In this document: piece by piece, positions 50,818 to 63,233 of the stretch
How positions within the stretch are numbered: the first letter of the stretch is position 1
How the letters are laid out: every line of letters starts with the position of its first letter
Assembly (NCBI RefSeq): GCF_026210795.1
Contig: NC_089433.1
Span: 3,968,001 to 4,032,000 of the forward strand
Source: Rhizophagus irregularis
Taxonomy: Eukaryota
Direction: 5' to 3'
DNA length: 64,000 nt
Made by a program: the position numbers and the translations under genes
The notes under the pieces: model-generated
Databases searched by the model: none
Told to the model about the DNA's origin: nothing
What the model saw: only the letters and a program-made list of their open reading frames with translations

Positions 50818-52575
50818 ATGTCAACGCAATTTCTTTCAAAATTAAGTCAAAATTATATTGAATTATTAGGAGATAATGAATACTATGATGTTACAATTGA
50901 AGTTGGTGAAGATCCTAATGTAAAAATCCTTCGTGCACATATAAATATTTTGTGCTATCGTTCTCCATATTTACGACGAATTTTAGCTTCCAGTAAAAAA
51001 AATAAGGATAATGTTCTAGCTCATATTAAGTTACCAAACATATCACCTGAAGTCTTCCAAATTATTTTAAAGTAAGTTTTATTTATAATAAATAAATTTA
51101 TGCGTATTACATAATCAAATATTCAAATAGGACCCCGAGCTATACATAAAAAGGTAGGGTAAAGGTTTGCGTAGAATTGACCAAAATAATCATGTAGATC
51201 TTTCCTTTTATAGATATTCCGGCCGGAATTTATTTCCCTTTTTAGACGCTGACTGGCATTATCATAATTCCGGCCCTGAAAAAATGCGTAGAGCTAATAG
51301 TAATTTTTTTTTGACTGCACCTTACCTCTATATATATAGCTCGGGGTCCTATTCAAATACTAAATTTAAATTATTAAATTTTTGTATTATAGGTATATTT
51401 ATGGTGGTATTCTTTCATTAAATGATCATGATACTTCAGAAATTTTCAAAATTTTATTGGCTGCGGATGAGCTGCTTCTTCAGGAACCAGTTGACTATTT
51501 ACAAAAGTATTTAATTGGAAATAAATCCGAATGGATGGAACAAAATTTTGAACTTATTCATCGAACAAGCTTTCAATCAAATTCTTTATTACAACTTCAA
51601 CAATTTTGTACAAATTTTATGGCAAAATCTCCAGAGAAAATATTTAAATCACTTGATTTCACTTCGCTTCCGGAACAATCTTTAGTTCAACTCATTAAAA
51701 GAAATGATTTGCAAATGAAAGAAATTGAAGTTTGGGAACATGTGTTAAAATGGGGTCTCGCACGCAATCCTACACTTCTTTCAGATCCTAATAATTGGTC
51801 AGAAAATGATTTTAAAACAATGGAAAATACTTTACAGCAATTATTATCTTTAATTAGATTTTTTAGTTTATCATCCAAAGAATTCTTAGAAAAAGTTCAT
51901 CCTTTTAAAAATCTTTTAAGACGTCAACTTTATGAAGATTTATTGAAATCTCATTTGGACCCTATTAGCGACCCGAATAACAGCATTTTACCTCCTAGGA
52001 AAATTGGAATTGAGAAAATAATTGATACAAAGATTGTTAATTTAGAAATCGCTTCAACTATTTCGAAATGGATTGACAAAACAGCTATTGTTGTTAATAG
52101 CAAATTTGATCATTTAAGAGAATTATATTTACCATATAAATTTCAATTATTATTAAGAGGAAGCCGAGATGGATTTACACCCAAAAAATTTCATGAATTA
52201 TGTGATAATATATCTCACACTGTTACATTTATTAAAGTAAAGGGAACGGAAGAAATTCTCGGTGGATATAATCCGATAATATGGAATTCTAATGGTGGTT
52301 GGGGTAAAACTAAAGATAGCTTTATTTTTTCCTTCAAAAATAATAACGTTAAAGATGCAATAATTAGTAATGTTACTAATGATCTCGCAATAAATTATTG
52401 GAATATACATGGACCATTTTTTGGTGATGATATTATTATATATGCTTCTGGTGGTGAAAACACAGATTACGATTGCATTTGGTGTAAAAAGAATCAATAT
52501 GAAAAAAGGATAAGAGATACCGAAGATAGATTTTCTATGGATGATTATGAAGTATTTCAAATAATAAAGAGATAG
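50818..52575 (+). CDS. BTB/POZ-BACK-TLDc protein, paralogue 5
   Basis: Exons 50818-51071 and 51393-52575. Confidence 0.93.
51130..51349. mobile_element. Duplicate of the intronic MITE
   Basis: Copy of 48423..48642 at +2707. Confidence 0.88.
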
Positions 52576-52815
52576 TAAATCCCTCGATATTATTTGAAAT
52601 AAAGAGTACTTTTAAAGATTACATAAATATTAAATATTAAATATGTTTTATAGTGGTTTATGTAAAACCTTTCTACTTGTTAAAAGTATTGTAATTTTTT
52701 CTATATTTCTTTTTATAAACAACGTCATCAGCCTTGAATACTTCGTTAAATTTCATCGATTCAAGAGTTAAGATATTTATTATTAAAAATTATATTCATT
52801 ATGAGTGAAGGATTA

Positions 52816-52914
52816 AGCAACCAATTTCTTTAATTTATCATTAAAAATAGCAACCAATTTCTTTAATTTATCATTAAAAATAGCAACCAATTTCTTTAAT
52901 TTATCATTAAAAAT
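52816..52914. repeat. 3 x 33-bp perfect tandem repeat
   Basis: AGCAACCAATTTCTTTAATTTATCATTAAAAAT x3, no spacers. Confidence 0.95.
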
Positions 52915-53127
52915 AATCCGTCTCTTCTTATTAAATTTAGCCAAATGACAAAAAGTACGTGATTGAATGATCAACGTTGTGCCAATGGCGCAGTAAGATT
53001 CTATTTTGGAAAGAATTACGTTAATACTTATTTAATTTAACCATATATGAGACGGTGAGCTTTATAAATTTACACCCGCCGATTTTTTTAGTTGGACGCC
53101 ACCTCAATTTAACTTTAAACGTAAATT

Positions 53128-54634
53128 ATGTCAACCCAATTTCTTTCAAAATTAAGTCAAAATTATATTGAATTATTGGAAGATAATGAATACTATGACG
53201 TTACAATTGAAGTTGGTGAGGATCCTAATGTAAAAATCCTTCGTGCACATATAAATATTTTATGTTACCGTTCTCCATATTTACGACGAACCTTGGCTTC
53301 TAGTAAAAAAAATAAAGATAATGTTCTAGCTCATATTAAGTTACCAAATATATCACCTGAAGTCTTCCAAGTTATTTTAAAGTAAGTTTATCTGAAAATA
53401 AATTTTAATATTTTTGACAGTACTATAAATCTAATATTTATATTAATTTAGATATATTTATGGTGGTATTTTCCCATTGAACGACCATGATAATTCAGAA
53501 ATTTTTAAAATTTTATTAGCTGCTGATGAACTGCTTCTTCAAGAACTGGTCGATTATTTACAAACATATTTGATTGAAAATAAATCCGAATGGCTGGAAC
53601 AACATTTTGAATTAGTTCATCGAAAAAGCTTTCAATCCAATTCTTTAATAAAACTTCAACAATTTTGTACAGATTTTATGGCAAACTCTCCAGAGAAAAT
53701 ATTTAATTCACTTGATTTCACTTCGCTTCCCGAAAATTCTTTAGTTCAACTTATTAAAAGAGACGATTTACAAATGAAAGAAGTTGAAGTTTGGGAGCAT
53801 GTAATAAAATGGGGTCTTGCGCAAAATCCTACACTTCTTCCAGATACTGATACTTGGTCAAATGAAGATTTCAAAATAATGGAGAATACTTTAAAACATT
53901 GTTTGCCCTTGGTTAGATTTTTTAGTTTATCATCCAAAAATTTTTTACAAAAAGTTCGTCCTTATAAAAACCTTTTAGAACGTCAACTTTACGAAAACTT
54001 ATTAAATTCTCATTTGGATCCTGATAGTGAACCAATTGACAATATTTCACTTCCTAGAAATATAAAAATTGATGGAATCATTGACTCAAAAATTATTAAT
54101 AACTTGAATATTATTTCAGTAGTTTCAAGACGGATTGCTAAAATGGTTATTAATAATAAATTTGATCACTTAAGAGAATTGCATTTACCCTATAAATTTC
54201 AATTATTATTAAGAGGAAGTCGAGATGGATTTACACCTAAAAAATTTCATGAATTATGTGATGATAGACCTCACACTGTTACATTTATTAAAGTAAAGGG
54301 AACGAAAGAAATTCTTGGTGGATATAATCCGATAATATGGAAATCTTCTGATGGTTGGGGTAAAACTAAAGATAGTTTTATTTTTTCCTTCAAAAATAAT
54401 GATGTCAAAGATGTAACTATTAGTAATATAGAAAATGCAGATTATGCAATATATTATTATTATAGAAATGGTCCGCGTTTTGGTGATGATATTATCATGC
54501 ATGCTTCTGGTGGGAATTACACAGATTACGATGAAATTCGTTGTAAAAAGAAGTATTATGAAAAAAAGATAAGAAATACCGAGAATTATTTTTCCATAGA
54601 TGATTATGAAGTATTTCAAATAGTAAAGAAATAA
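53128..54634 (+). CDS. BTB/POZ-BACK-TLDc protein, paralogue 6
   Basis: Exons 53128-53381 and 53452-54634. Confidence 0.93.
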
Positions 54635-55310
54635 ATGTAGTATCTTTTTACCAAATAATCTTATTTAATAAAGAATACCTTTATTAGATTATTTAAATAT
54701 GTTGGAAATATATTTGTGAATAGATTTTTAAGTGGACTTAAATTATCATTTTATTCATAAATTAGATCATTATCAAATTCCTAATCTTGTACTATATGAA
54801 TATGTGAAATAATGTATGTGTTTTATGTAAAACATTTTCTACTTGCTTACTAAAATTATTATACCTTTTCTATATTCCTTCTTATGGACAACATCGGACT
54901 TGAATTCTTCGTTAAATTTCAATATTTTAAAATGGTATTTGTTATTAAGAAATATTTTCATTATGAGTGAAGTATATAAGCATTATTTGCATAGAACAAT
55001 TTCTTTATCATTAAAAATAATTCGTCGCTTCTTTTTTATCCATAATGAATTAATTTGACCAAATGACAGAACCAAAAAGTACGTAATTGATGATTCCGAT
55101 CAAGTAATACTCGTACCATGAATCTTCAGCTGATCGCATTACTTGAGTGTAGTACCCGAGAGCGCCAATGGCGCAGTAAAATTCAATTTTGGAAAGAATT
55201 ACGTTAATGCTTATTTAATTTAACCATATCTGAAACGATGAACCTTATAAATTTATACCCGCCGATTTTTTTAGTTGGACGCCACCTCAATTTAATTTTA
55301 AACATAAATT

Positions 55311-56829
55311 ATGTCAACACAATTTCTTTCAAAATTAAGTCAAAATTATATTGAATTATTGGAAGATAATGAATACTATGATATTACAATTGAAGTTGGT
55401 GAGGATCCTGATGTAAAAATTTTTCGTGCACATATAAATATTTTATGTTACCGTTCTCCATATTTGCGACGAACTTTAACTTCTAGTAAAAAAAATAAGG
55501 ATAATGTTCTAGCCCATATTAAGTTACCAAATATATCACCTGAAGTCTTCCAAATTATTTTAAAGTAAGTTTTATTTATAATAAAAAAATTTATATGTAT
55601 TACATAATCAAATATTCAAATAGGAAATTTAAATTATTAAATTTTTGTTTTATAGGTATATTTATGGTGGTATTCTTTCATTAAATGATCATGACACTAC
55701 AGAAATTTTTAAAGTTTTATTGGCCGTGGATGAGCTGCTTCTTCAGGAACCAGTTGATTATTTACAAAAATATTTCATTGAAAATAAATCTGAATGGATG
55801 GAACAACATTTTGAACTTATTCATAGAACAAGCTTTCAATCAAATTCTTTATTAGAAGTTCAACAATTTTGTACAAATTTAATGGCAAACTCTCCAGAGA
55901 AAATATTTAAATCACTTGATTTCACTTCGCTTCCTGAGAAATCTTTAGTTCAACTAATTAAAAGAGACGATTTACAAATGAAAGAAGTTGAAGTTTGGGA
56001 ACATGTATTAAAATGGGGACTTGCACAAAATCCCACACTTCTTCCAGATCCTAGTACTTGGTCAGATGAAGATTTCAAAACAATGGAAAATACTTTAAAA
56101 CATTGTATACCCTTAATTAGATTTTTTAGTTTATCATCTAAAGATTTTTTACAAAAAGTTCGTCCTTGTAAAAACCTTTTAGAACGTCAAATTTACGAAA
56201 ACTTATTAAATTCTCATTTGGATCCTGATAGTGAACCAATTGACAATATTTCACTTCCTAGAAATATAAAAATTGATGGAATTATTGATTCAAAAATTAT
56301 TAATAATTTAAATATTATTTCAGTAGTTTCAAGATGGATTGATAAAATGGGTATTAATAATAAATTTGATTACTTAAGAGAATTGTATTTACCCTACGAA
56401 TTTCAATTATTATTAAGAGGAAGTCGAGATGGATTTACTCCTAAAAAATTTCATGAATTATGTAATAATAAACCTTATACTGTAACATTTATCAAAGTAA
56501 AAGGAACGGAAGAAATTCTTGGTGGATATAACCTTTTGAAATGGGAATCTTCCGGTAGTTGGATTAAAAACAGAGATTGTTTTATTTTTTCTTTTAAAAA
56601 TAATAATGCTAAAAATGCAATAATTAGTAATATAAAACATACAGATTATGCATTACTTTATGGTATTGTCGGTGGTCCATATTTTGGCGATATTGCTATA
56701 TCTTCTAGTTATGATGATATGAATTATAATTTTATTTCTTATGGAAAGAATTATTATGAAAAAAGGATAAAAGATTCTGACGGTACATTTGCTATGGAAG
56801 ATTATGAAGTATTTCAAATTATAAGGTGA
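55311..56829 (+). CDS. BTB/POZ-BACK-TLDc protein, paralogue 7
   Basis: Exons 55311-55564 and 55656-56829. Confidence 0.93.
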
Positions 56830-58729
56830 CGAGTGTATTTATCTTAAAAATATTATGAAATTTACACGTATAATTAACAAAAAAAATATATATATAAGAA
56901 AATTATTATGTTTGTTCAGACATTAAATAAGAAGTTATCCTAAAGGAGTGTTAGGTTTCAAATAGAAACTTAAATTTAGAAAATTTCCTTAAATAAATGA
57001 TGTATTAAAAGATTTTTTTACTATTATCAATTTTAGTTTTTCTTAAATAAATTAGATTTTGAATCTTATACAAAACTCCATCTTTTTTCGTATATTATCG
57101 AAAATTCAAAATCTCTATATTTTGTTTTTTAAGAATTGCTAGATACAGATAAAAATTTTAATATTTGATTAGTTTATAGGTAGGATAGGTATTTAAGTAA
57201 AATAAAATCTTCAGTTATTTTTATAAATTTATCATAATTACTTTGTTTTCGCATAAATAAATTATTATATTTTTTCTGACTAATGCTGTGAGTGTAACTT
57301 ACAAGTTTCGTCAAAGGATGATTTCAAACTTAGCGAAATCAGTATTACCAGATCACTTAATATTCTTAAACTGATAAAAATTCTGAATTAGTTTAAAACT
57401 GATGAAATCATTGAAACCTTTTATTAATATTTTTTTATATTATTTACTAATATTAAAGAATTAATAATTCTAGCCATATCCAGAATAAAAAATAAAAAAA
57501 ATTATTCAGTTTTAGAATAAAATATTTTTCCGTGTCCATCCATTATCAGAATTTTTAAATTACCTTTTACTACTATTTGCATGTTATAAAATATAAAATT
57601 ATGATTAATTTTCTTAAAAATTATATTTCAAAATACAACAATTAAATTTATATATATTACTAGATCACGGTAAATAGACATCACAATCTTTTATAAAAAT
57701 GTTAATTGACTCAATCGAGTTCATTAAAATGCTTAGATTATAGCAAAATCATCTTTTTAATGATCAATATTAACAGAGTTAGTATAGCTTAACAAAATAT
57801 TTAGATATAATTTAATTAAAATCATCCTAATTTTGATCAGATTTATAATTATTTATACGGTGACGTAATTTTTTACATATTTACATATATTTCAAAAAAT
57901 CTGTAATATAATTTGTTCTTTATAATATAAAATGATTGTAGCATATAATTTTATTGTTATTTAAGTACGATCAACTTATTCACTTATAAAACTTATTAAA
58001 AACCACCTTTTTCTTCAACCTTTTTCTTAATGATCTTCAATCAATCGTTTTCTTCAATGATCTACAATTGACAGAAAACCGCTCAAATCATCATTTAAAT
58101 TATTTTATTAGTACAAAAATGAGTTGAGTTTACAATATAAAAAAACTATTGTTACTTTAATGTAAGAAATTTTTAATTGCCTTTTTAACTATTACTTAAG
58201 TTATCATTATTATAAAAAAAAATAAAAAAATTCCGTTATTTAACGTATTTAACGTCAATCTATAAAAAGATATGCACATTGTTGATTGGTGATACTTGTG
58301 CACAATGATATCACTATTTGATTAAACGGCCGATAATATATAATTAAGGCGTTATAGATAATCATGCAGGGGACACTTGAGACACTTTACATGCATAAAT
58401 AGTACAGTACATTCTGAATAAATATAATGTGCATTTTTCTTTCTGTCAATAAAAATTATTGTTAACAAAAATTTAAAACATTTTCGTTACTTGGAATAAA
58501 AATCTTTAAAAATTGAAATTTAACAAGTTAGAAATTTATTATTGTTCTCAATAATATTATTAACTTGTCTGTAACTTTATAAACTTACGAGATTTATCTG
58601 TGACTGATTTTCCAAATACTAATCACGTGTCAATTGGATAACTGAATACGAACTAGTTATTAATTTTCGCTCAGATATTTACCAAACTCGATTTTTCTAA
58701 TAACAACAAACTAAAAAAAAAAATTAACT

Positions 58730-59419
58730 ATGGATAATAGAAATGTATTAGTAGTTGGCGGTACTGGTTGTGGTAAATCTGTTTTATGTAATGTACTAAC
58801 TGGCACTGATGAATTTAAGGAAGGAAATTACACAGTTAGCGAAACTCAAAATATTCAGATAAGAAGTTTTGATTGGAAAAAGATTAAATATAGTGTAGCT
58901 GATACTGTTGGGATTGGTAATATTAATCTAACTACGAAAGAAGTTTTGAGTAGTATAATAGAAAAAATTAATTCGATGTCGGAAGGAATAAGTCAGGTTT
59001 TACTTGTGACTGACGGAAGATTCTTAAAAGAAGAAATAGAAATATACGATTTTTTGAAGGAGATTTTTAAGGGCGGCTTTGTTACTATTGTGAGGACTAA
59101 ATTTGCTAGCTTTCAAAATAAAGATGAATGTGAAAAAGATATTAAAGCAATGCTTGATGTCAATAAAAAAATTGCTAAAATAGTTAAATCATGTAAAGTC
59201 ATCCATGTGGACAATCCTCCAATAGATATTAAAGCATATGAAAATAATAGTGATGATGATGAAGACGTAGTTACTATTAATAGAATAAATGGCAAAAGTA
59301 GAAATAAGTCAAGAGAAAAATTATTAAGCCACTTGGAGCAAGTATGTCAAGACGATAAATTAAAAATGGGGAAGAAATTTTCATTTAGCAAAATAGTCAA
59401 GATAATTAAAAAAAATTAG
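58730..59419 (+). CDS. AIG1/GIMAP-family P-loop GTPase
   Basis: NVLVVGGTGCGKSVLCNVLTG (G1), SET (G2), ADTVG (G3) and VRTKF (G4). Intronless, 229 aa. Confidence 0.85.
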   Translation: MDNRNVLVVGGTGCGKSVLCNVLTGTDEFKEGNYTVSETQNIQIRSFDWKKIKYSVADTVGIGNINLTTKEVLSSIIEKINSMSEGISQVLLVTDGRFLKEEIEIYDFLKEIFKGGFVTIVRTKFASFQNKDECEKDIKAMLDVNKKIAKIVKSCKVIHVDNPPIDIKAYENNSDDDEDVVTINRINGKSRNKSREKLLSHLEQVCQDDKLKMGKKFSFSKIVKIIKKN

Positions 59420-60648
59420 ATGAAAATACGAATTTGTTCAATATTAAAATGAACGCTGTTGCGGACTTCTTAATTTTAAATTTTAAATAATAAAACAATG
59501 TTTTTTAATTGTAAATTTTTTTTTTTTTGAATTAAATTGGTACTTGAGAAATATGTGTGGTTACATGGTTTGAGGCTCTAAGCAATGGTTTTCGTATGGT
59601 TCGATCGAATAGATATTTTGTATTATCATTTTGCATTGAATATTATGGCAGAGTTAAAAATCATAATTTTGTCGAAATAAGATTTCAATCTAGGTGGGTG
59701 CAATTATTATAATACACGTAGACTAGCGCATTTATTTTATTTTTTTTTTTAATGGTCGTAAAAAAAGAGGGTTAGAAACTTGAAATGATAATTCATATAT
59801 AAGTCTTATTTAAGAACGATTTTTTTTAAAAAAAAATAAACTATTAGAATTGCAAAAAGTAAAATCAAGAATGGTTTCAAATTTTTTTTCCAACGGAAGT
59901 AATGTATATCATACTTACTAAACGAGTTACTTCGACAATGTATTTTTAATAAACTTCTTGTTCTACATATCTGTATGCAATTAATCAAATCAACTACTTT
60001 TCTTAAATAAAAAAAAAATTACTAAACGAGTGGAGTTACACTAACAGTTATATTCAAAAAAAGTATATTATTTTGTATTTTTATTGGAAAAGACATGAAA
60101 AAATAAGTAAAAGTCATAGCAGATATAGTAGAAGACGTATTTATTCTATTTATCACAGTTTTATACTTACATCAATACATCATGATGAACACGTGCAGAA
60201 GTTAACAAAAAAATTTTTTTTTTTTATTATTATTAATAACCGACAAGTAAAACTTTGTTAGTTAGTTTTAGGTTTGAAAGACGGAAACGTTAACTTTTGG
60301 GTCATCATTTATTTTAGCTTCGCCCACAACATTGGCTCTAGCAAAATATTGCAATTCTTAATACCGAGTAAAGTGCATGTCTCAAGAGATTTTGCCTAAA
60401 AATTAACGTCATATTAAGGAGATCAGCACATATTACTATCAGCTCTTCAGGGCCGACATCGTATAATGCTGCTTGGCATTATCAAAAAAAGGAAGACTTA
60501 CATAATAGTTTGATCATTCTACGCAAAATCTGAGGATCTGACCTTTTATATATAAGTTCGGGCCTATTGTACAACCGCACAAGAATTTAATTTAAATGAC
60601 CCCTTTTCCATATTTGAACCTTTCTTTTTTTTAAAAAAAAAACTAAAA

Positions 60649-62166
60649 ATGTCTACTCAATTTTTTTCGAAATTAAGTCAAAATTACATTGAATTAATAG
60701 ATGATGATGTATATTATGATATTACGGTTGAAGTTGGTAAAGAACCTAATGTAAAAATCCTTCGTGCTCATGTTAGTATTCTGTGTTGCCGTTCCCCATA
60801 TTTACGAAGAACTTTGACTACTAATAAGAAGAATAAAGATAATAATTCTTTAGCTCACATTAAGTTACCAAATATATCATCGGAAGTGTTTCAAATTATT
60901 ATAAAGTAAGTTTGCATACAAGTTTTTATTATACTAGTAGAATTTTCATATTCAAATTCAAAATTCACTTTTTTTTTGTATAGGTATATGTATGGTGGTA
61001 TTCTTTCATTGAATGGCCAAGACAATTCTGAAATTCTCAAACTATTATTGGCCGCTGATGAATTACTACTTCAAGAACTTGTTGATTATTTACAAATTTA
61101 TTTAATTGAAAATAAATCTGAATGGATGGAACAACATTTTGAACTTATTCATCGAACAAGCTTTCAATCCAATTCTTTATTACAACTTCAACAATTTTGT
61201 ACAGATATTATGGCAAACTCTCCAGAGAAAATATTTAAATCTCTTGATTTCACTTCGCTTCCCGAAAAATCTTTAGTTCAACTTATCAAAAGAGACGATT
61301 TACAAATGAAAGAAGTTGAAGTTTGGGAACATGTATTAAAATGGGGTCTTGCACAAAATCCCACACTTCTTCCAGATCCTAGTACTTGGTCAGATGATGA
61401 TTTTGACAGCATGAAAAATACTTTACAAGATTGTTTATCTTTAATTAGATTTTTTAGTTTATCATCTAAAGAATTCTTGCAGAAAATTTGTCCTTATAAA
61501 AAACTATTGAAACGTCAACTTTATGAAAAATTATTAATTTCTTACTTGGATCCTGATATTGACCAAACTAGCAATATTTCACTTCCTAGAAATCTTAAAA
61601 TTGATGGAATTATTGATTCAAAAATTGTAAATAATTTAAATATTATTTCAACAATTTCAAGATGTATTGATAATATTAATAGCAAATTTTCATATGTCAG
61701 AGAATTTTACTTACCGTACAAATTTCAATTGTTATTAAGAGGAAGCAGTGATGGATTTACACCTAAAAAATTTCATAAATTATGTGATGATATACCCCAT
61801 ACTGTTACATTTATTAAAGTAAGAGGAACAGATGAAATTATTGGTGGATATAATCCGTTAATATGGAAATCTTCTAGTGGTAGTTGGGGCAAAACTAAAG
61901 ATAGTTTTATTTTTTCTTTCAAAAATGATAATGTTAAAGATGCAATAATTAGTTATATTACTAACGATATATGTTATGCAGCAAATTATAAGAGTATACA
62001 TGGACCATTTTTTGGTGATGATATTGTGATATATTCCTCTAATGGAGATTCTAGAGATTATGATAATATTTGGTGTCAAAAGAAGTATTATGAAAAAAAG
62101 ATAAGAGAGACAAAAGACAAATTTTCTATGGATGACTACGAAGTATTCCAAATAGTAAAGAGATAA
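60649..62166 (+). CDS. BTB/POZ-BACK-TLDc protein, paralogue 8
   Basis: Exons 60649-60905 and 60984-62166. Confidence 0.93.
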
Positions 62167-62662
62167 ATAATATTATTATATTAAATGTATTGGTTTTATT
62201 TATTTTATTTAAAACAAAAAATATTTTAGTATTAGATAATTCAAATTTTAAATATGTTTTACTTCCATTAAATAAATTATTGAACGCGCTTAAAATTGCT
62301 ATTTTTATAATTATTATATTGTATTTACGCGTGAAAATAATGCTGCATCTTGTGTTGTTTCATGTAAAACTTTTTCTACTTACTAAATGTACCATAATTT
62401 TTTTTATATATTCCTTTTTTATGATATCACAGCCTGAATTTTTTGTATAAATAACTTTCTTATTTGCCTAATTTTTGAGTTTCCATTAATTTAAAGAGGT
62501 TAAGTTTATAATTTGGCAAATATATTCATTATGAGTGAAGGATTAAAAGATAGATGAATATTATTTATAGAGAACCGATTTCTTTAGTTTTTATCATCAA
62601 AATAATTATACGATCGCGATATTATTTATATATTTGTTTCGCAGTATGACTTCGGTCAATGA

Positions 62663-62800
62663 TAGTGTTCCAATCACCCGTTTATATTCGGATATCCGTC
62701 ATCCGTCGGATAAATTAGATAGATCGGATGAACATTTTGTTAACGGATCGGATAACAGACTGAAGTCGGGCCATCCGTCAAGATCCGGAACCCTTTTATC
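62663..62800. mobile_element. hAT-like terminus; the element presumably continues beyond the window
   Basis: TAGTGTTCC followed by dense ATCCG/CGGAT repeats, like the termini at 9153 and 28022. Confidence 0.6.
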
Positions 62801-63233
62801 CCTTATAAAATATTTTCCTATAAATATATAAATTGGTAAAAACTTGAATTAGACACATTCTTGTAATATATAGACAAAAATATATTGAGATGGCGTTTAT
62901 TTTACATAAGAATAGAAAAATAAAATTGGTTTAATAAAAGAGCGTTCATTGTTTAAGAATTTTTGATAGTTCATATTGTTATTTTTAAGGTTTATATTTC
63001 AAAGGACTATTAATGATAATACTTTTCCAAGAAATTACTTCAAAATTTTTTGCTAATCTCCAAAACTTTATAATAAGATAATCCTATTTCTGGATATTTG
63101 AAATTTCGATAAGAAAATAATACCTTTCCTTAAAATTATTATTAGCTTAACCTACTAGTCTATTCATGATTATAATTATGGGATGTGAATTATACTTTAA
63201 ATTAAGTAAAGTTATTATTATGTGTGTAAACTA

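Larger units (their letters stand above)
46308..51743. repeat. Near-perfect ~2.7-kb direct tandem duplication
   Basis: 46308-49036 recurs at 49017-51743 (offset 2709 falling to 2707). The differences I found are two poly-G length changes. Confidence 0.95.

Noticed and set aside
52816..52914. 33-bp repeats as a mini-CRISPR
   Set aside because: No spacers; a single related copy occurs in paralogous intergenic regions, so this is local slippage.
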